Assembly: GCA_964651945.1 (NCBI GenBank)
Contig: CAZYZR010000001.1
Span: 4,162 to 33,373 of the forward strand
From: an uncultured Oscillospiraceae bacterium
GTDB taxonomy: Bacteria > Bacillota > Clostridia > Oscillospirales > Ruminococcaceae
Length of the DNA: 29,212 nucleotides
Reading direction: 5' to 3'
Shown: piece by piece, positions 1-9,719 of the stretch
How positions within the stretch are numbered: the first letter of the stretch is position 1
Layout of the letters: each line of letters begins with the position of its first letter
The notes under the pieces: model-generated
The model's input: only the letters and a program-made list of their open reading frames with translations
What the model was told of the DNA's origin: nothing
Databases searched by the model: none
Made by a program: the position numbers and the translations under genes

Positions 1-44
1 CCTTGCGGGCGCCCGACCTTATCGGAGGTCAATGGCACAATGGG

Positions 45-500
45 TCAATTTTTGTTTTCGCTCCGGGCCCCGTACACAAAGCCCTCTGCGTCCTCTTCCT
101 CGGGAATATCACACTCCGGAGGAGGGGTCATGCCCCGCTTCAGATAGTAATCCCTAAGAGCCCGTCTCACTGCCTGCTGAGCCAGCACCGAACAGTGAAC
201 TTTTATCGGCGGAAGCCCGTCAAGAGCGTCCATAACTGCCTTGTTGGTTAGCTGCAAAGCCTCGTCCACAGTTTTTCCCTTTATCATCTCAGTGGCCATG
301 CTGGAGGTCGCTATGGCAGCCCCGCATCCGAATGTTTTGAACTTGCAGTCCTTTATGACCCCGTCCTCTATATCAAGGTACATCTTCATTATGTCCCCGC
401 AGACCGGGTTACCAACTTCTCCCACGCCGGAGGCCTCTTCTATTACCCCCACGTTCCTCGGATTCATAAAGTGATCTATAACTTTGTCGCTGTATACCAT
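45..500 (-). CDS. iscU: Fe-S cluster assembly scaffold (IscU/NifU-N type)
   Basis: 151 aa; MVYSDKVIDHFMNPRNVG start; three scaffold Cys in GNPVCGD, FKTFGCGAAIA and KVHCSVLA; directly downstream of a cysteine desulfurase. Confidence 0.93.
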   Translation of the reverse strand: MVYSDKVIDHFMNPRNVGVIEEASGVGEVGNPVCGDIMKMYLDIEDGVIKDCKFKTFGCGAAIATSSMATEMIKGKTVDEALQLTNKAVMDALDGLPPIKVHCSVLAQQAVRRALRDYYLKRGMTPPPECDIPEEEDAEGFVYGARSENKN

Positions 501-522
501 TTTCTATCTCCTTTTCACTGTT

Positions 523-1698
523 TCAAGAATTTTTTATTTTATCCCATACCGGGGACATTTCTCTCAGCTCTTTTACGGCCTTTACTACAGCATCCGCCAC
601 AAATTCGGCCTCCTCAGGGGTATTCTCTGTGGAAAATGTCAGCCTGAGGGAGCTGTGAGCCACTTCAATGGGTATTCCCATAGCCAGGAGTACATGGCTT
701 GGCTCCAGGCTGTCGGATGTGCAGGCCGAACCGGAAGCCGCACATATTCCCATAGCATCAAGCTTTAACAGCAGCCCCTCGCCTTCTATGCCCTCAAAGC
801 AGAAACTCGCATGCCCGGGAAGCCTTTTTTCCGGGTGCCCTGTGAGATAGGATTTTTCCAGGGTGAGTATCTTTCTGATAACTATGTCCCTCATTTCGCG
901 AAGCTTTTCGGCTTTTGCGGGGATATCTCTGGTTGCATTCTCAATTGCCACGCCAAGGCCCACTATGCCGGGCACGTTTTCGGTTCCCGCCCTTCTTCCG
1001 CCTTCCTGGCTTCCGCCTTCTATAAGGTTTTCCGGATTGACCCCTCTTCTTATATACAGCACTCCGATCCCTTTCGGAGCATTGAATTTATGACCAGCAA
1101 GGCTCAGAAGATCTATATTCTGCCGCTTAACATCTATATCCACATACCCAATTGCCTGCACGGCATCTGTGTGGAAAATAACCCCATGGCGGCGGCAGAT
1201 TTCGCCGATCTCTGGAATGGGTTCCACAGTGCCGACCTCATTGTTTGCGTACATCACGGACACCAGGGCAGTCTCCGGCCTGATAGCCCGTTCAACCTGC
1301 CGTGGGTCCACCATTCCGTACTGATCCACGTCAAGGTAGGTGACCTCAAATCCCTGCTTTTCCAGCCGCTTCATAGTGTTGAGGATCGAGTGGTGCTCCA
1401 CCGTGGTGGTGATAAGGTGGTTTTTCCCCTTGCTCTTCATGCGCCACGCAGTTCCCTTGATGGCCCAGTTGTCCCCCTCACTTCCGCTGCCTGTAAAATA
1501 TATTTCATTGGGCAATGCTCCGAGGGCTTTTGCCACTTGCTCCCTTGCCTTGTCTATAACCTTCCTGTTGTTTCTGCCGACGGAATAGACAGTGGAGGCA
1601 TTCCCGTAATTTTCAGTGAAAAACGGGAGCATCTCCTCCAGGACTTCCTTGCTCACCGGCGTAGTGGCCGCATTGTCAACATAAATAACTTTGCTCAT
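523..1698 (-). CDS. iscS: Cysteine desulfurase (IscS/NifS, PLP-dependent)
   Basis: 391 aa; YVDNAATT, EHHS, HTDAVQA, SLAGHK (PLP Lys), RAGTEN, SGSACTS (catalytic Cys). Confidence 0.95.
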   Translation of the reverse strand: MSKVIYVDNAATTPVSKEVLEEMLPFFTENYGNASTVYSVGRNNRKVIDKAREQVAKALGALPNEIYFTGSGSEGDNWAIKGTAWRMKSKGKNHLITTTVEHHSILNTMKRLEKQGFEVTYLDVDQYGMVDPRQVERAIRPETALVSVMYANNEVGTVEPIPEIGEICRRHGVIFHTDAVQAIGYVDIDVKRQNIDLLSLAGHKFNAPKGIGVLYIRRGVNPENLIEGGSQEGGRRAGTENVPGIVGLGVAIENATRDIPAKAEKLREMRDIVIRKILTLEKSYLTGHPEKRLPGHASFCFEGIEGEGLLLKLDAMGICAASGSACTSDSLEPSHVLLAMGIPIEVAHSSLRLTFSTENTPEEAEFVADAVVKAVKELREMSPVWDKIKNS

Positions 1699-1766
1699 AA
1701 AGTCTATTGGACGAAACCGTCCTCCTTTCTTTTATCTGCAGGCTATAAACCTACTTATTTGGTATG

Positions 1767-1772
1767 ATTATA
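1767..1772 (-). promoter_or_regulatory. Candidate -10 element (TATAAT) for iscS-iscU
   Basis: Perfect TATAAT on the minus strand about 70 nt upstream of the iscS ATG; no convincing -35 at 17 bp. Confidence 0.35.
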
Positions 1773-1805
1773 TTTTAACTACAACAGCCACAATCTGCAA
1801 TAGAA

Positions 1806-1822
1806 TTGTGACCAAGTCACAA
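1806..1822. promoter_or_regulatory. Perfect 7-3-7 inverted repeat TTGTGAC-CAA-GTCACAA, candidate operator
   Basis: Read directly; lies in the AT-rich intergenic region upstream of iscS. Confidence 0.4.
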
Positions 1823-2033
1823 AACACAATTTGGCAGTACGGTAAACATTCTCGACACTACAGCTATATACTCGGCAATTACACAGCATTTAAAAATTCC
1901 CATATTTTTTGCTTTTGAAAAAGCAGCCGGAATCAAGGGAAAGTCCACATTATTTTTTATAGTTTTCATTGGTATGTGAGAATTTTTTAAAAATTGTAAA
2001 ACAGCAGTCATCTGCCACAGTCAGAAACCGAAT

Positions 2034-2498
2034 TTACTCGGGGACCGACGAGTTTATCTGGTTTTTGTAATTTTCAGCCTGTGCCATCCGCTCTTTGTCA
2101 CAAAGTTCATTTTCCGAATGCCCCGCATGTCCTTTTATCCATATAAATTCCACATCATGTTCCTTTAAAAGAGGCAGCAAAAGTTCCCAGAGATCGCGGT
2201 TTAGGGCGGATTTCCCGTCGCTTTTTCTCCAGTTGTTTTTCTCCCAGGAGTATACCCAGCCTTTTGTAACTGCGTCAACCACATATTTTGAGTCGGATGT
2301 AATTTTGACTTTGCAGGGTTCTTTCAGGGCACGGAGCCGGGATATAACCGCAGTAAGTTCCATTCTGTTGTTGGTGGTTTTCCGTTCCCCGCCGCTAAGC
2401 AGTTTTTCTTTGCTGTTATAGCGCAAAAGTACCCGCCATCCCCCCGGACCCGGGTTGCCACTGCAGGCTCCGTCTGTGAATATTTCTACTTCTTTCAA
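2034..2498 (-). CDS. rnhA: Ribonuclease HI
   Basis: 154 aa, TTG start with AGGAGGA RBS at 2504-2510; FTDGACSGNPGPGGW, TTNNRMEL, SDSKYV, WIKGHAGH, NELCD. Confidence 0.95.
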   Translation of the reverse strand: MKEVEIFTDGACSGNPGPGGWRVLLRYNSKEKLLSGGERKTTNNRMELTAVISRLRALKEPCKVKITSDSKYVVDAVTKGWVYSWEKNNWRKSDGKSALNRDLWELLLPLLKEHDVEFIWIKGHAGHSENELCDKERMAQAENYKNQINSSVPE

Positions 2499-2551
2499 AT
2501 ATGTCCTCCTGCTTGGAGTATTTTCGCTGAAAAAATCTGAGAACGGCCTCC

Positions 2552-2580
2552 ATTATACTCCATAAAAAACAATGTGTAAA
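2552..2580 (-). promoter_or_regulatory. Sigma-A promoter for rnhA (TTTACA-17-TATAAT)
   Basis: -35 at 2575-2580 and -10 at 2552-2557 on the minus strand, 17-nt spacer; back-to-back with the rnj promoter. Confidence 0.65.
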
Positions 2581-2600
2581 TAAAGCCCGGCCACCGGGCC

Positions 2601-2629
2601 TTGACAATTGTGTGCAGAATTAGTAAAAT
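2601..2629 (+). promoter_or_regulatory. Sigma-A promoter for rnj operon (TTGACA-17-TAAAAT)
   Basis: Perfect -35 at 2601-2606, 17-nt spacer, -10 at 2624-2629. Confidence 0.75.
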
Positions 2630-2771
2630 AAAGGGCAGGTGAGGCAACACACCGGGTTTGTACTTTTAAGCCACTGGCTTTTTGAAAATATATTATATAA
2701 CTGAAATTTTCGCCATCTGATGAGAATGGTGTGTTTTTTGTATCTAAATTTTACAACAGAAAGGATTTTTA

Positions 2772-4514
2772 ATGCCAAAGAGCGACAAGACAGAAAAACA
2801 GACTGCAACACCTGCAAAAAGACATTACACGCGCAAAACAAAACCCCGGGACCCTCCCCGGTGTATCAGAATGATACCTCTCGGGGGGCTCAATGAAATC
2901 GGGAAAAATATGACAGTCTTCGAGTGCTGCGGGGACATGATGATTGTTGACTGCGGAAACTCTTTCCCCGACGATGAAATGTTCGGGGTTGACCTGGTCA
3001 TTCCCGATTTTACTTTTGTGCTTGAAAACAAAGACAGGATAAAGGGCATAGTGATAACTCACGGGCACGAGGACCACATTGGTGCGCTGCCCTACCTTCT
3101 CAAAGAGTTAAATCTACCCGTATATGCTACCAGGCTTACAAAAGGGCTGATTGAGAACAAACTTGACGAACATGGGCTCAGAAAAAAAGTAAAGGTAAAT
3201 GTTATAGAACCCGGTGACAGAATTGTCCTTGGGTGTATGACCGTGGTCCCTATATATGTGAACCACTCAATTCCGGATGCGGTGGGCCTTGCCATTGAGT
3301 CCCCCGCCGGGACTGTCCTTATGACAGGGGATTTCAAGATTGATTACACTCCTCCCAGGGGCAGGACTACCGACCTTGCGACCTTTGCCCGGTACGGGCA
3401 GAAGGGGGTTCTTGCCCTGCTCGCTGACTCCACTAACCGGGAGAGGCAGGGATACACACCCAGTGAAGAGACCGTGGGACGAAGTTTTGCGGGCTTCTTT
3501 GAACAGGCCCGGGACAAGAGGATTATCATTGCCACTTTCGCTTCCAATATATACAGGATACAGCAGATACTGGATCTTGCGGTAAAGTACAAGAGAAAGG
3601 TCAGTGTGTCCGGCAGGAGCATGGTCAACAACATTCAGATGGCTCTTGATCTGGGATATCTCAAGGTTCCTAAAAATGTGATGATCGATCCTGAAGAGGC
3701 AAAGAGGTACAGGCCCGGTCAGATAGTCGTCATCACCACGGGCAGCCAGGGGGAGCCGCTGTCCGCCCTGGCAAGAATGGCCGGGGGAACGCACAGACAG
3801 TTCTCGGTGGGAAGAGAGGATTTCATCATTATCTCCGCTACGCCAATTCCGGGAAACGAAAAAACTGTCACAAAGGTAGTCAACGGGCTTCTTAAATCCG
3901 GAGCCCAAGTAATCTATGAGTCCATGTACGATGTCCACGTCTCCGGTCACGCCTGTCAGGAAGAAATAAAGCTGATTCTGAGCCTTGTAAAGCCAAAATT
4001 TTTCATTCCGGTTCATGGAGAGTATAAGCATCTGATCCGCAATGCCTCCCTTGCAAGGAACGTGGGAGTAAAAGAGGAAAATATAGTTCTCGCCAACATA
4101 GGCGATGTACTGAGGATAGACCGGAGCGGAATTGCCGTTGAAGGTACGGTTGCCAGCGGCCGGGTGCTGATTGACGGACTCGGAGTGGGGGATATGGGGA
4201 GCGCAGTCATGCGTGACCGACGCCACCTTTCCCAGGATGGCATTGCAGTGATTACATTCACCGTTGACAGCAAGACCGGCCGGCTGCTGGGTGGTCCTGA
4301 AATAGTTTCCAGGGGCTTTGTCTATGTAAAGGAAAATGAGGCCCTTATGAGCGAGGCCAAGATGGCAGCCAGGGCAGTTATAGAGAAATACAGCAAATAC
4401 GACTATATTGACTGGACAGTTGTCAAATCCAAAGTGAGGGACCAGGTTGCAAACGTCCTCTACAAAAAGACGAGGAAGAACCCGCTGATTCTTCCCATAG
4501 TCATGGAAGTGTGA
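2772..4514 (+). CDS. rnj: Ribonuclease J
   Basis: 580 aa; IPLGGLNEIGKN, THGHEDHIG (metallo-beta-lactamase), HSIPD, GDFKID, TGSQGEP, HVSGHA, PVHGEY. Confidence 0.96.
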   Translation: MPKSDKTEKQTATPAKRHYTRKTKPRDPPRCIRMIPLGGLNEIGKNMTVFECCGDMMIVDCGNSFPDDEMFGVDLVIPDFTFVLENKDRIKGIVITHGHEDHIGALPYLLKELNLPVYATRLTKGLIENKLDEHGLRKKVKVNVIEPGDRIVLGCMTVVPIYVNHSIPDAVGLAIESPAGTVLMTGDFKIDYTPPRGRTTDLATFARYGQKGVLALLADSTNRERQGYTPSEETVGRSFAGFFEQARDKRIIIATFASNIYRIQQILDLAVKYKRKVSVSGRSMVNNIQMALDLGYLKVPKNVMIDPEEAKRYRPGQIVVITTGSQGEPLSALARMAGGTHRQFSVGREDFIIISATPIPGNEKTVTKVVNGLLKSGAQVIYESMYDVHVSGHACQEEIKLILSLVKPKFFIPVHGEYKHLIRNASLARNVGVKEENIVLANIGDVLRIDRSGIAVEGTVASGRVLIDGLGVGDMGSAVMRDRRHLSQDGIAVITFTVDSKTGRLLGGPEIVSRGFVYVKENEALMSEAKMAARAVIEKYSKYDYIDWTVVKSKVRDQVANVLYKKTRKNPLILPIVMEV

Positions 4515-4540
4515 TTATCCGTACAAAGGTTTAAAGGGTT

Positions 4541-6484
4541 ATGAAAAACAGATATTGGGGAACTGACGTACTGATTGTGATATTGTCATTGTCCACGGCG
4601 CTGTTTGCCGGGATTGCAATGTTCACCAATCCCGACAAAGCTCTGTACATATTCGGCCGGTTCCTTTTCCTCATTTTCATTCTGGTGATAAACATAGGTG
4701 CCATCAGAAGGGCCATCAGAGGGGTTTTCTTCGGCCACGGAAAGGGGGCTGCCAGACAGCAGCTGAGCTTTGAAAATCTCAGCCTGCCCCTTGCAATTGT
4801 GAGCAAGGGCGGAGTTGTCTGGTACAACGACGCTTTCAGGGATAAAATCCTTCAGGGCGAGGATTGTTACCTGACGCCTGTGGAAAAGATAATCCCCGGA
4901 TTCGACCCTTCAAGTTCCACCGGGAGGGAAGGGCTGTCAATAACTCTTGACAAGAGCCGGTTCACCGTCTACTCAGCCCGGGCATCCGATGACAATACCC
5001 TGTGGGTGTGTTATTTCGTGGACGACACCCTGCTTAAATATGAGGCTTCTGAATATCATCTCTCCAGACCGGTAATAATGGAGATAGTGGTGGATACCTA
5101 CGATGAGATCCTTATGAATCTCCGTGACAGCCACCGCGCCACAATAATGGCGATGCTTGACAAGCTTGTGGAGGATACCGCCTCCCGGGCAGACGGCATT
5201 TCCATGAAACTCGGAGTCAGCCGTTACCGAGTGATAATGGAGGACAGGTATTTTGAAAAGATACGCCGGGGCAAGTTTGAAATCCTGTCAAAAGCCAGAG
5301 GACTTGACGGGAATAACGTGACAGTTTCCATAGGTGCGGGTCGCGGAGGCAAGACCTTCCGGGAATCTGATGCCCTTGCAAAACAAGCCCTTGACATGGC
5401 TCTTGGCCGTGGAGGTGATCAGGCGGTCATCAAAGGTGAAGACGGGTATGAATTTTTCGGTGGCACCCGCCGGGGAGTCGAAAAAAGGAGCAAAGTCCGC
5501 AGCCGCATAATAGCGGATGCTTTAAGAGATGTGATTATCCAGAGCGAGACCGTGCTGATAATGGGCCACAAGAACAGCGACTTTGATGCAGTCGGGTCCG
5601 CAGCCGGCATGGCCGAAGCAGTCAGGAGCCTGGGCAGGAAAGCATATATTGCCATAAATGAGGAGGTAACCCAGGCGGGAAACCTCATTGAAAAAATAAA
5701 ATCTTCCACCGATATAGACCTGTTCATTTCCTATGACAGGGCCCGGAGGTATGCAGCAGCCAGTGATACGCTGCTGATAATCGTCGATACGAATGCAACC
5801 CGGATGACTGAATTCCCGGAGCTTGTGACAAAATGCAGGAGAAGAGTTCTGATAGACCATCACCGCAGGTCACCGGAATATATAAGCGATACAGTCGTTT
5901 CATATCATGAGACCTATGCCTCCTCTGCCAGTGAGCTTGTAACTGAGCTTCTCCAGTATATTCTTCCCGCAAACTACAGAATGGACAGCATATGGGCCCT
6001 TGCCCTTCTCTCCGGAATAATGCTTGACACAAGAAATTTTTCTGAGAGCGTGGGAGTGAGGACCTATGAGGCGGCCGCATATCTTCGCAGACATGGAGCA
6101 CTCTCTGTTGATGTGCTCAAGATGTTCAGCGTTTCAAAGGAAGTTTACAAGGCAAAGACAAACCTGGTAAATTCCGCCAATATATATAAAGGCGTAGCCA
6201 TAGCTATGTCCGACAATTTGCAGGATGACCTGTATGTGGCCATTCCTCAGGCTGCCAATGATCTTCTGACCCTTGACAACGTTAAGGCATCCATAGTGGC
6301 TGTCAAAATGGGGGACAGGGTAAATATTTCTGCCCGCAGCCTGGGGGATATGAATGTCCAGCTTTTAATGGAGCGGCTGGGCGGCGGAGGACACCTCACT
6401 ATGGCCGGTGCTCAGCTGAGTGATGTGAGTGTGGCTCAGGCGGAAGATATGATAAAACAGACCATAGACAATTATCGGGGATAA
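4541..6484 (+). CDS. gdpP: Cyclic-di-AMP phosphodiesterase GdpP (DHH/DHHA1 with degenerate GGDEF)
   Basis: 647 aa; two N-terminal TM helices, [32 protein letters not shown]; usual position upstream of rplI-dnaB. Confidence 0.88.
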   Translation: MKNRYWGTDVLIVILSLSTALFAGIAMFTNPDKALYIFGRFLFLIFILVINIGAIRRAIRGVFFGHGKGAARQQLSFENLSLPLAIVSKGGVVWYNDAFRDKILQGEDCYLTPVEKIIPGFDPSSSTGREGLSITLDKSRFTVYSARASDDNTLWVCYFVDDTLLKYEASEYHLSRPVIMEIVVDTYDEILMNLRDSHRATIMAMLDKLVEDTASRADGISMKLGVSRYRVIMEDRYFEKIRRGKFEILSKARGLDGNNVTVSIGAGRGGKTFRESDALAKQALDMALGRGGDQAVIKGEDGYEFFGGTRRGVEKRSKVRSRIIADALRDVIIQSETVLIMGHKNSDFDAVGSAAGMAEAVRSLGRKAYIAINEEVTQAGNLIEKIKSSTDIDLFISYDRARRYAAASDTLLIIVDTNATRMTEFPELVTKCRRRVLIDHHRRSPEYISDTVVSYHETYASSASELVTELLQYILPANYRMDSIWALALLSGIMLDTRNFSESVGVRTYEAAAYLRRHGALSVDVLKMFSVSKEVYKAKTNLVNSANIYKGVAIAMSDNLQDDLYVAIPQAANDLLTLDNVKASIVAVKMGDRVNISARSLGDMNVQLLMERLGGGGHLTMAGAQLSDVSVAQAEDMIKQTIDNYRG

Positions 6485-6513
6485 AACCTTATAAAAAAAA
6501 ACAGGAGGCAAAT

Positions 6514-6954
6514 ATGAAAGTAGTATTGCTGCAGGATGTAAAGAATCTCGGGGCAAAGGACCGGGTGGTGAATGTTTCGGACGGTTACGCCAGGAATTTT
6601 CTGTTTCCGAGGAAACTCGCCAGGGAGGCAACAGCAGCGGCTCTCAATGACGTAAAGACAAAGGAAGAGGCAAAGGCTTTTCGCCTCCGGGAGGAGAAAA
6701 AGGCGGCCGAAGAACTTAAAAAGCACCTGGACGGCAGGACCGTAACCATAAAAGCAAAAGCCGGCAAAGAGGGAAAGCTCTTCGGCGCTGTGACCACAAA
6801 GGATGTGGCAGAAGCAATAAAAGAACAGCTTGGATTTGAAATTGACAAGAAAAAACTTGTAATGGACGACATCAAATCATACACCAGCACCCTTTGTGAG
6901 GCAAGAATTTACCCCGGGATCCAGGCGAAACTTACTGTTGTGGTAGAGGCATAA
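6514..6954 (+). CDS. rplI: 50S ribosomal protein L9
   Basis: 146 aa; [33 protein letters not shown]; GGAGG RBS. Confidence 0.97.
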   Translation: MKVVLLQDVKNLGAKDRVVNVSDGYARNFLFPRKLAREATAAALNDVKTKEEAKAFRLREEKKAAEELKKHLDGRTVTIKAKAGKEGKLFGAVTTKDVAEAIKEQLGFEIDKKKLVMDDIKSYTSTLCEARIYPGIQAKLTVVVEA

Positions 6955-6955
6955 T

Positions 6956-8338
6956 ATGGCGGAGCTGGACGTTGCACTCGGGGGAGTGGATTTAAAGCCC
7001 CCTTATGCCATTGAAACCGAACAGGCGCTGCTGGGGATATCAATAATTGACCCCGAGCAAATACCCACAATAATAGAGATTGTAAAGCCGGAGTATTTCT
7101 ATGTGAAGCAGAACAGGCAGATTTTTTCCGAGATAGTCAGCCTTTTTATGTCCAATACTCCGGTGGATTTTGTTACCCTTGTGGATGCGGTTATCTCAGC
7201 AAAGATTTTCTCTGATGAGACCGAGGCAAAAGTTTACCTTTCGAATGTGGCTGAGACTGTCCCCAGTATATCAAGGGTGCGGGATTATGCCAAAATTCTC
7301 AGAGACAAATACCTCATCCGCTCCCTTATGGAGACAGCCCAGGATATTCTCAGGCAGACCCAGGAAAGCTCTGATGCGGACCTCCTCCTTGAGAGTGCCG
7401 AACAGAAAATATACTCACTGAGGCAGGGAAAGGACACTGTGGGGCTCAGACACATAAGCGAAACCGCCGCTGAGAGTTTTGACAGACTGAGGAAACTTTC
7501 CGGCAAGGACAGTGCAAAATATCTCGGCGTGGCCACTGACTTCAGATTCCTTGACGACAAACTCGGCAGACTTGGAAAAAGCGATCTGATAATAGTTGCA
7601 GGACGCCCCGGAATGGGGAAGACCAGCTTTGCTTTGAATATTGCCACAAATGTCGCTAAAAATTCCAATATTCCCGTAGCTATTTTTTCGCTTGAAATGT
7701 CATGTGAACAGCTGACCGAGAGGATTCTCTCCTCAACAGCCGGAATTGACAGCACCAAACTCCGCACGGGGGACATACAGCCCGCAGGCTGGGAAGTAAT
7801 AAGCAATGCAATAGGGAAAATAGCGGATTACCCCATCTACCTTGACGACACACCTGCCATTACAATAACCGATATGAAAGCCAAGATAAGGCGTCTCAAT
7901 CAGAACCCAGAAATTGACAACGTAGGGCTGGTGATAGTGGATTACATACAGCTTATGAGCACAGGCAGGAGGACTGAAAACAGGGTACAGGAGATAAGTG
8001 AGATAACCCGAAATCTCAAAATAATGGCAAAGGAGCTGGATGTGCCGGTCATTGCCCTCTCCCAGTTAAACAGAAGTGTGGAGAGGATAGGCAGCAGGGA
8101 CAACCGACCCCAGCTTTCAGACTTGAGGGATTCAGGTTCAATAGAACAGGATGCCGATGTGGTAATGTTTATCTACAGGGATGCATACTACAACAAGGAT
8201 GAGAGCGCCAATCCCAATTCGGCGGAGTGCATAATAGCCAAAAACCGCCATGGGGAGAACGCAACCATACCGCTTTCCTGGGATGGCGCCCACACCCGTT
8301 TTTCAGATGTGGATTTTATTCACCGGGATGAGAGATAA
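6956..8338 (+). CDS. dnaB: Replicative DNA helicase
   Basis: 460 aa; AGRPGMGKT (Walker A), FSLEMS, IVDYIQLM, ALSQLNR, SDLRDSGSIEQDAD, IAKNRHG. Confidence 0.97.
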   Translation: MAELDVALGGVDLKPPYAIETEQALLGISIIDPEQIPTIIEIVKPEYFYVKQNRQIFSEIVSLFMSNTPVDFVTLVDAVISAKIFSDETEAKVYLSNVAETVPSISRVRDYAKILRDKYLIRSLMETAQDILRQTQESSDADLLLESAEQKIYSLRQGKDTVGLRHISETAAESFDRLRKLSGKDSAKYLGVATDFRFLDDKLGRLGKSDLIIVAGRPGMGKTSFALNIATNVAKNSNIPVAIFSLEMSCEQLTERILSSTAGIDSTKLRTGDIQPAGWEVISNAIGKIADYPIYLDDTPAITITDMKAKIRRLNQNPEIDNVGLVIVDYIQLMSTGRRTENRVQEISEITRNLKIMAKELDVPVIALSQLNRSVERIGSRDNRPQLSDLRDSGSIEQDADVVMFIYRDAYYNKDESANPNSAECIIAKNRHGENATIPLSWDGAHTRFSDVDFIHRDER

Positions 8339-9719
8339 AGTTTTAAACACTATAGAAAAGTACAATATGATAAAAAAAGGCGATACAGTTGCCGTATGTC
8401 TCTCCGGAGGAGCGGACAGCATGGCACTGTTTCACCTTTTGTATTCGGAAAAAGAGAACCTTGGGATCAATATTCTTGTCCTGCATGTAAATCACGGGTT
8501 GAGAGAGGAGAGCCGGCAGGAGGAAATTTTTGTCAGGGATTATTGTCAGACTCTGGGTGCGGAATGCAGAATCTACAGGGCAAAAATGGGGGAGAAACCG
8601 CTTCCTCAGGGGATGTCCACTGAGATGCGGGCACGAAATGAGAGATACGGATTTTTCACTTCCTCAATCGGCAATACCGGGACATTGCTTGCCACCGCCC
8701 ACACCGCTTCCGACAGGCGGGAGACGGTTCTTTTCAATATCACCAGAGGTTCTTCTATAAGAGGAGCGGCAGGTATTCCCCCTGTGAGGGACTATGTCAT
8801 CCGACCGCTCATTGAATGCACAAGGCGGGATACTGAAAGGTACTGCGAACTTAACGGTATTCCGTTTGTCAATGACAGAACAAATTTTCAAACCGATTAT
8901 TCCCGCAACAGGATAAGACTTAAAGTGATTCCGGAACTCATACAGGTTAACAGCCGGGCTGTGTCAAATATAAACTTTTTCGCCTCTGAAAGCCGGGAAA
9001 TATATACACTTTTGACACAATTAAGTGATAAACTTTACGACGAATCTTTTAGTTGCGGGAGTTTCGACACCTCCTTGCTGATCCGGGCACATCCCGCAGT
9101 GACAAAGAACCTTCTGAGAAACTATCTTGAGAAAAACGGGTGTCTTTCAAGGGATGGAGTTGAAGCTGTTTTTTCACACCTTTGCGGCGGGGGAGGACAG
9201 CTCTCCAAGGATTTATATTTTCGCGTCCGCAACGGCAGACTCTGGTTTTACGGCGCAGAATCATCCCTTGAAACAACAGAACCTGTCGCTGTATGCCCTC
9301 CTTGTGAAGTCTGTTTTGCACAGAAAATTTTTTCTTTTTGTTTTGTGGACTATTCCCGTTACAAGGAAATCCTTGCAGAAGGAAAAAATTGTTTCACAAA
9401 TGCAGTGGATTGTGATAAAATAAAAGACAGCATTTTACTTCGCCGGCGAAAACCAGGGGATAAAATAACTCTCCCCCGCAGGAATGTTACAAAAACCCTT
9501 AAAAAACTTTTTTCCGAGGATGGGATTCCTCCGGAGAAAAGGGCAAAAACAGCGGTTTTGTCAGACAGTCGCGGGAATGTTCTATGGGTCTCGGGCTACG
9601 GTGCTGACAGGCACTTTCTTCCCGGCAAAGGTTCTGCTAAAATACTTATAATCAGCGAAGAAAAGGAAAATGCGGAGGGGCAAAATGCTGGAAGATGTGG
9701 CAAATATTCTGATAAGTGA
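8328..9719 (+). CDS. tilS: tRNA(Ile)-lysidine synthetase
   Basis: SGGADS PP-loop, HVNHGLR, ATAHTASD, IRPLI, RNRIR; start placed at ATG 8328 (MRDKVLNTI), overlapping the dnaB end by 11 nt, rather than at the ORF-track start 8250. Confidence 0.92.
   Translation: MRDKVLNTIEKYNMIKKGDTVAVCLSGGADSMALFHLLYSEKENLGINILVLHVNHGLREESRQEEIFVRDYCQTLGAECRIYRAKMGEKPLPQGMSTEMRARNERYGFFTSSIGNTGTLLATAHTASDRRETVLFNITRGSSIRGAAGIPPVRDYVIRPLIECTRRDTERYCELNGIPFVNDRTNFQTDYSRNRIRLKVIPELIQVNSRAVSNINFFASESREIYTLLTQLSDKLYDESFSCGSFDTSLLIRAHPAVTKNLLRNYLEKNGCLSRDGVEAVFSHLCGGGGQLSKDLYFRVRNGRLWFYGAESSLETTEPVAVCPPCEVCFAQKIFSFCFVDYSRYKEILAEGKNCFTNAVDCDKIKDSILLRRRKPGDKITLPRRNVTKTLKKLFSEDGIPPEKRAKTAVLSDSRGNVLWVSGYGADRHFLPGKGSAKILIISEEKENAEGQNAGRCGKYSDK

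Noticed and set aside
811-1767. 318-aa plus-strand ORF antisense to iscS
   Set aside because: Shadow frame of a conserved gene with no recognisable motifs.
3267-4226. 319-aa minus-strand ORF antisense to rnj, and the other short antisense ORFs in the track
   Set aside because: Fully overlapped by well-supported genes, with no RBS or motif support.
8250-8327. N-terminal extension of tilS given by the ORF track
   Set aside because: It lies inside dnaB; family-like sequence starts at ATG 8328.
9685-9719. tilS/hpt 35-nt overlap as a programmed frameshift fusion
   Set aside because: hpt has its own RBS and ATG, and I see no clear slippery site with a stimulatory structure; translational coupling is sufficient.
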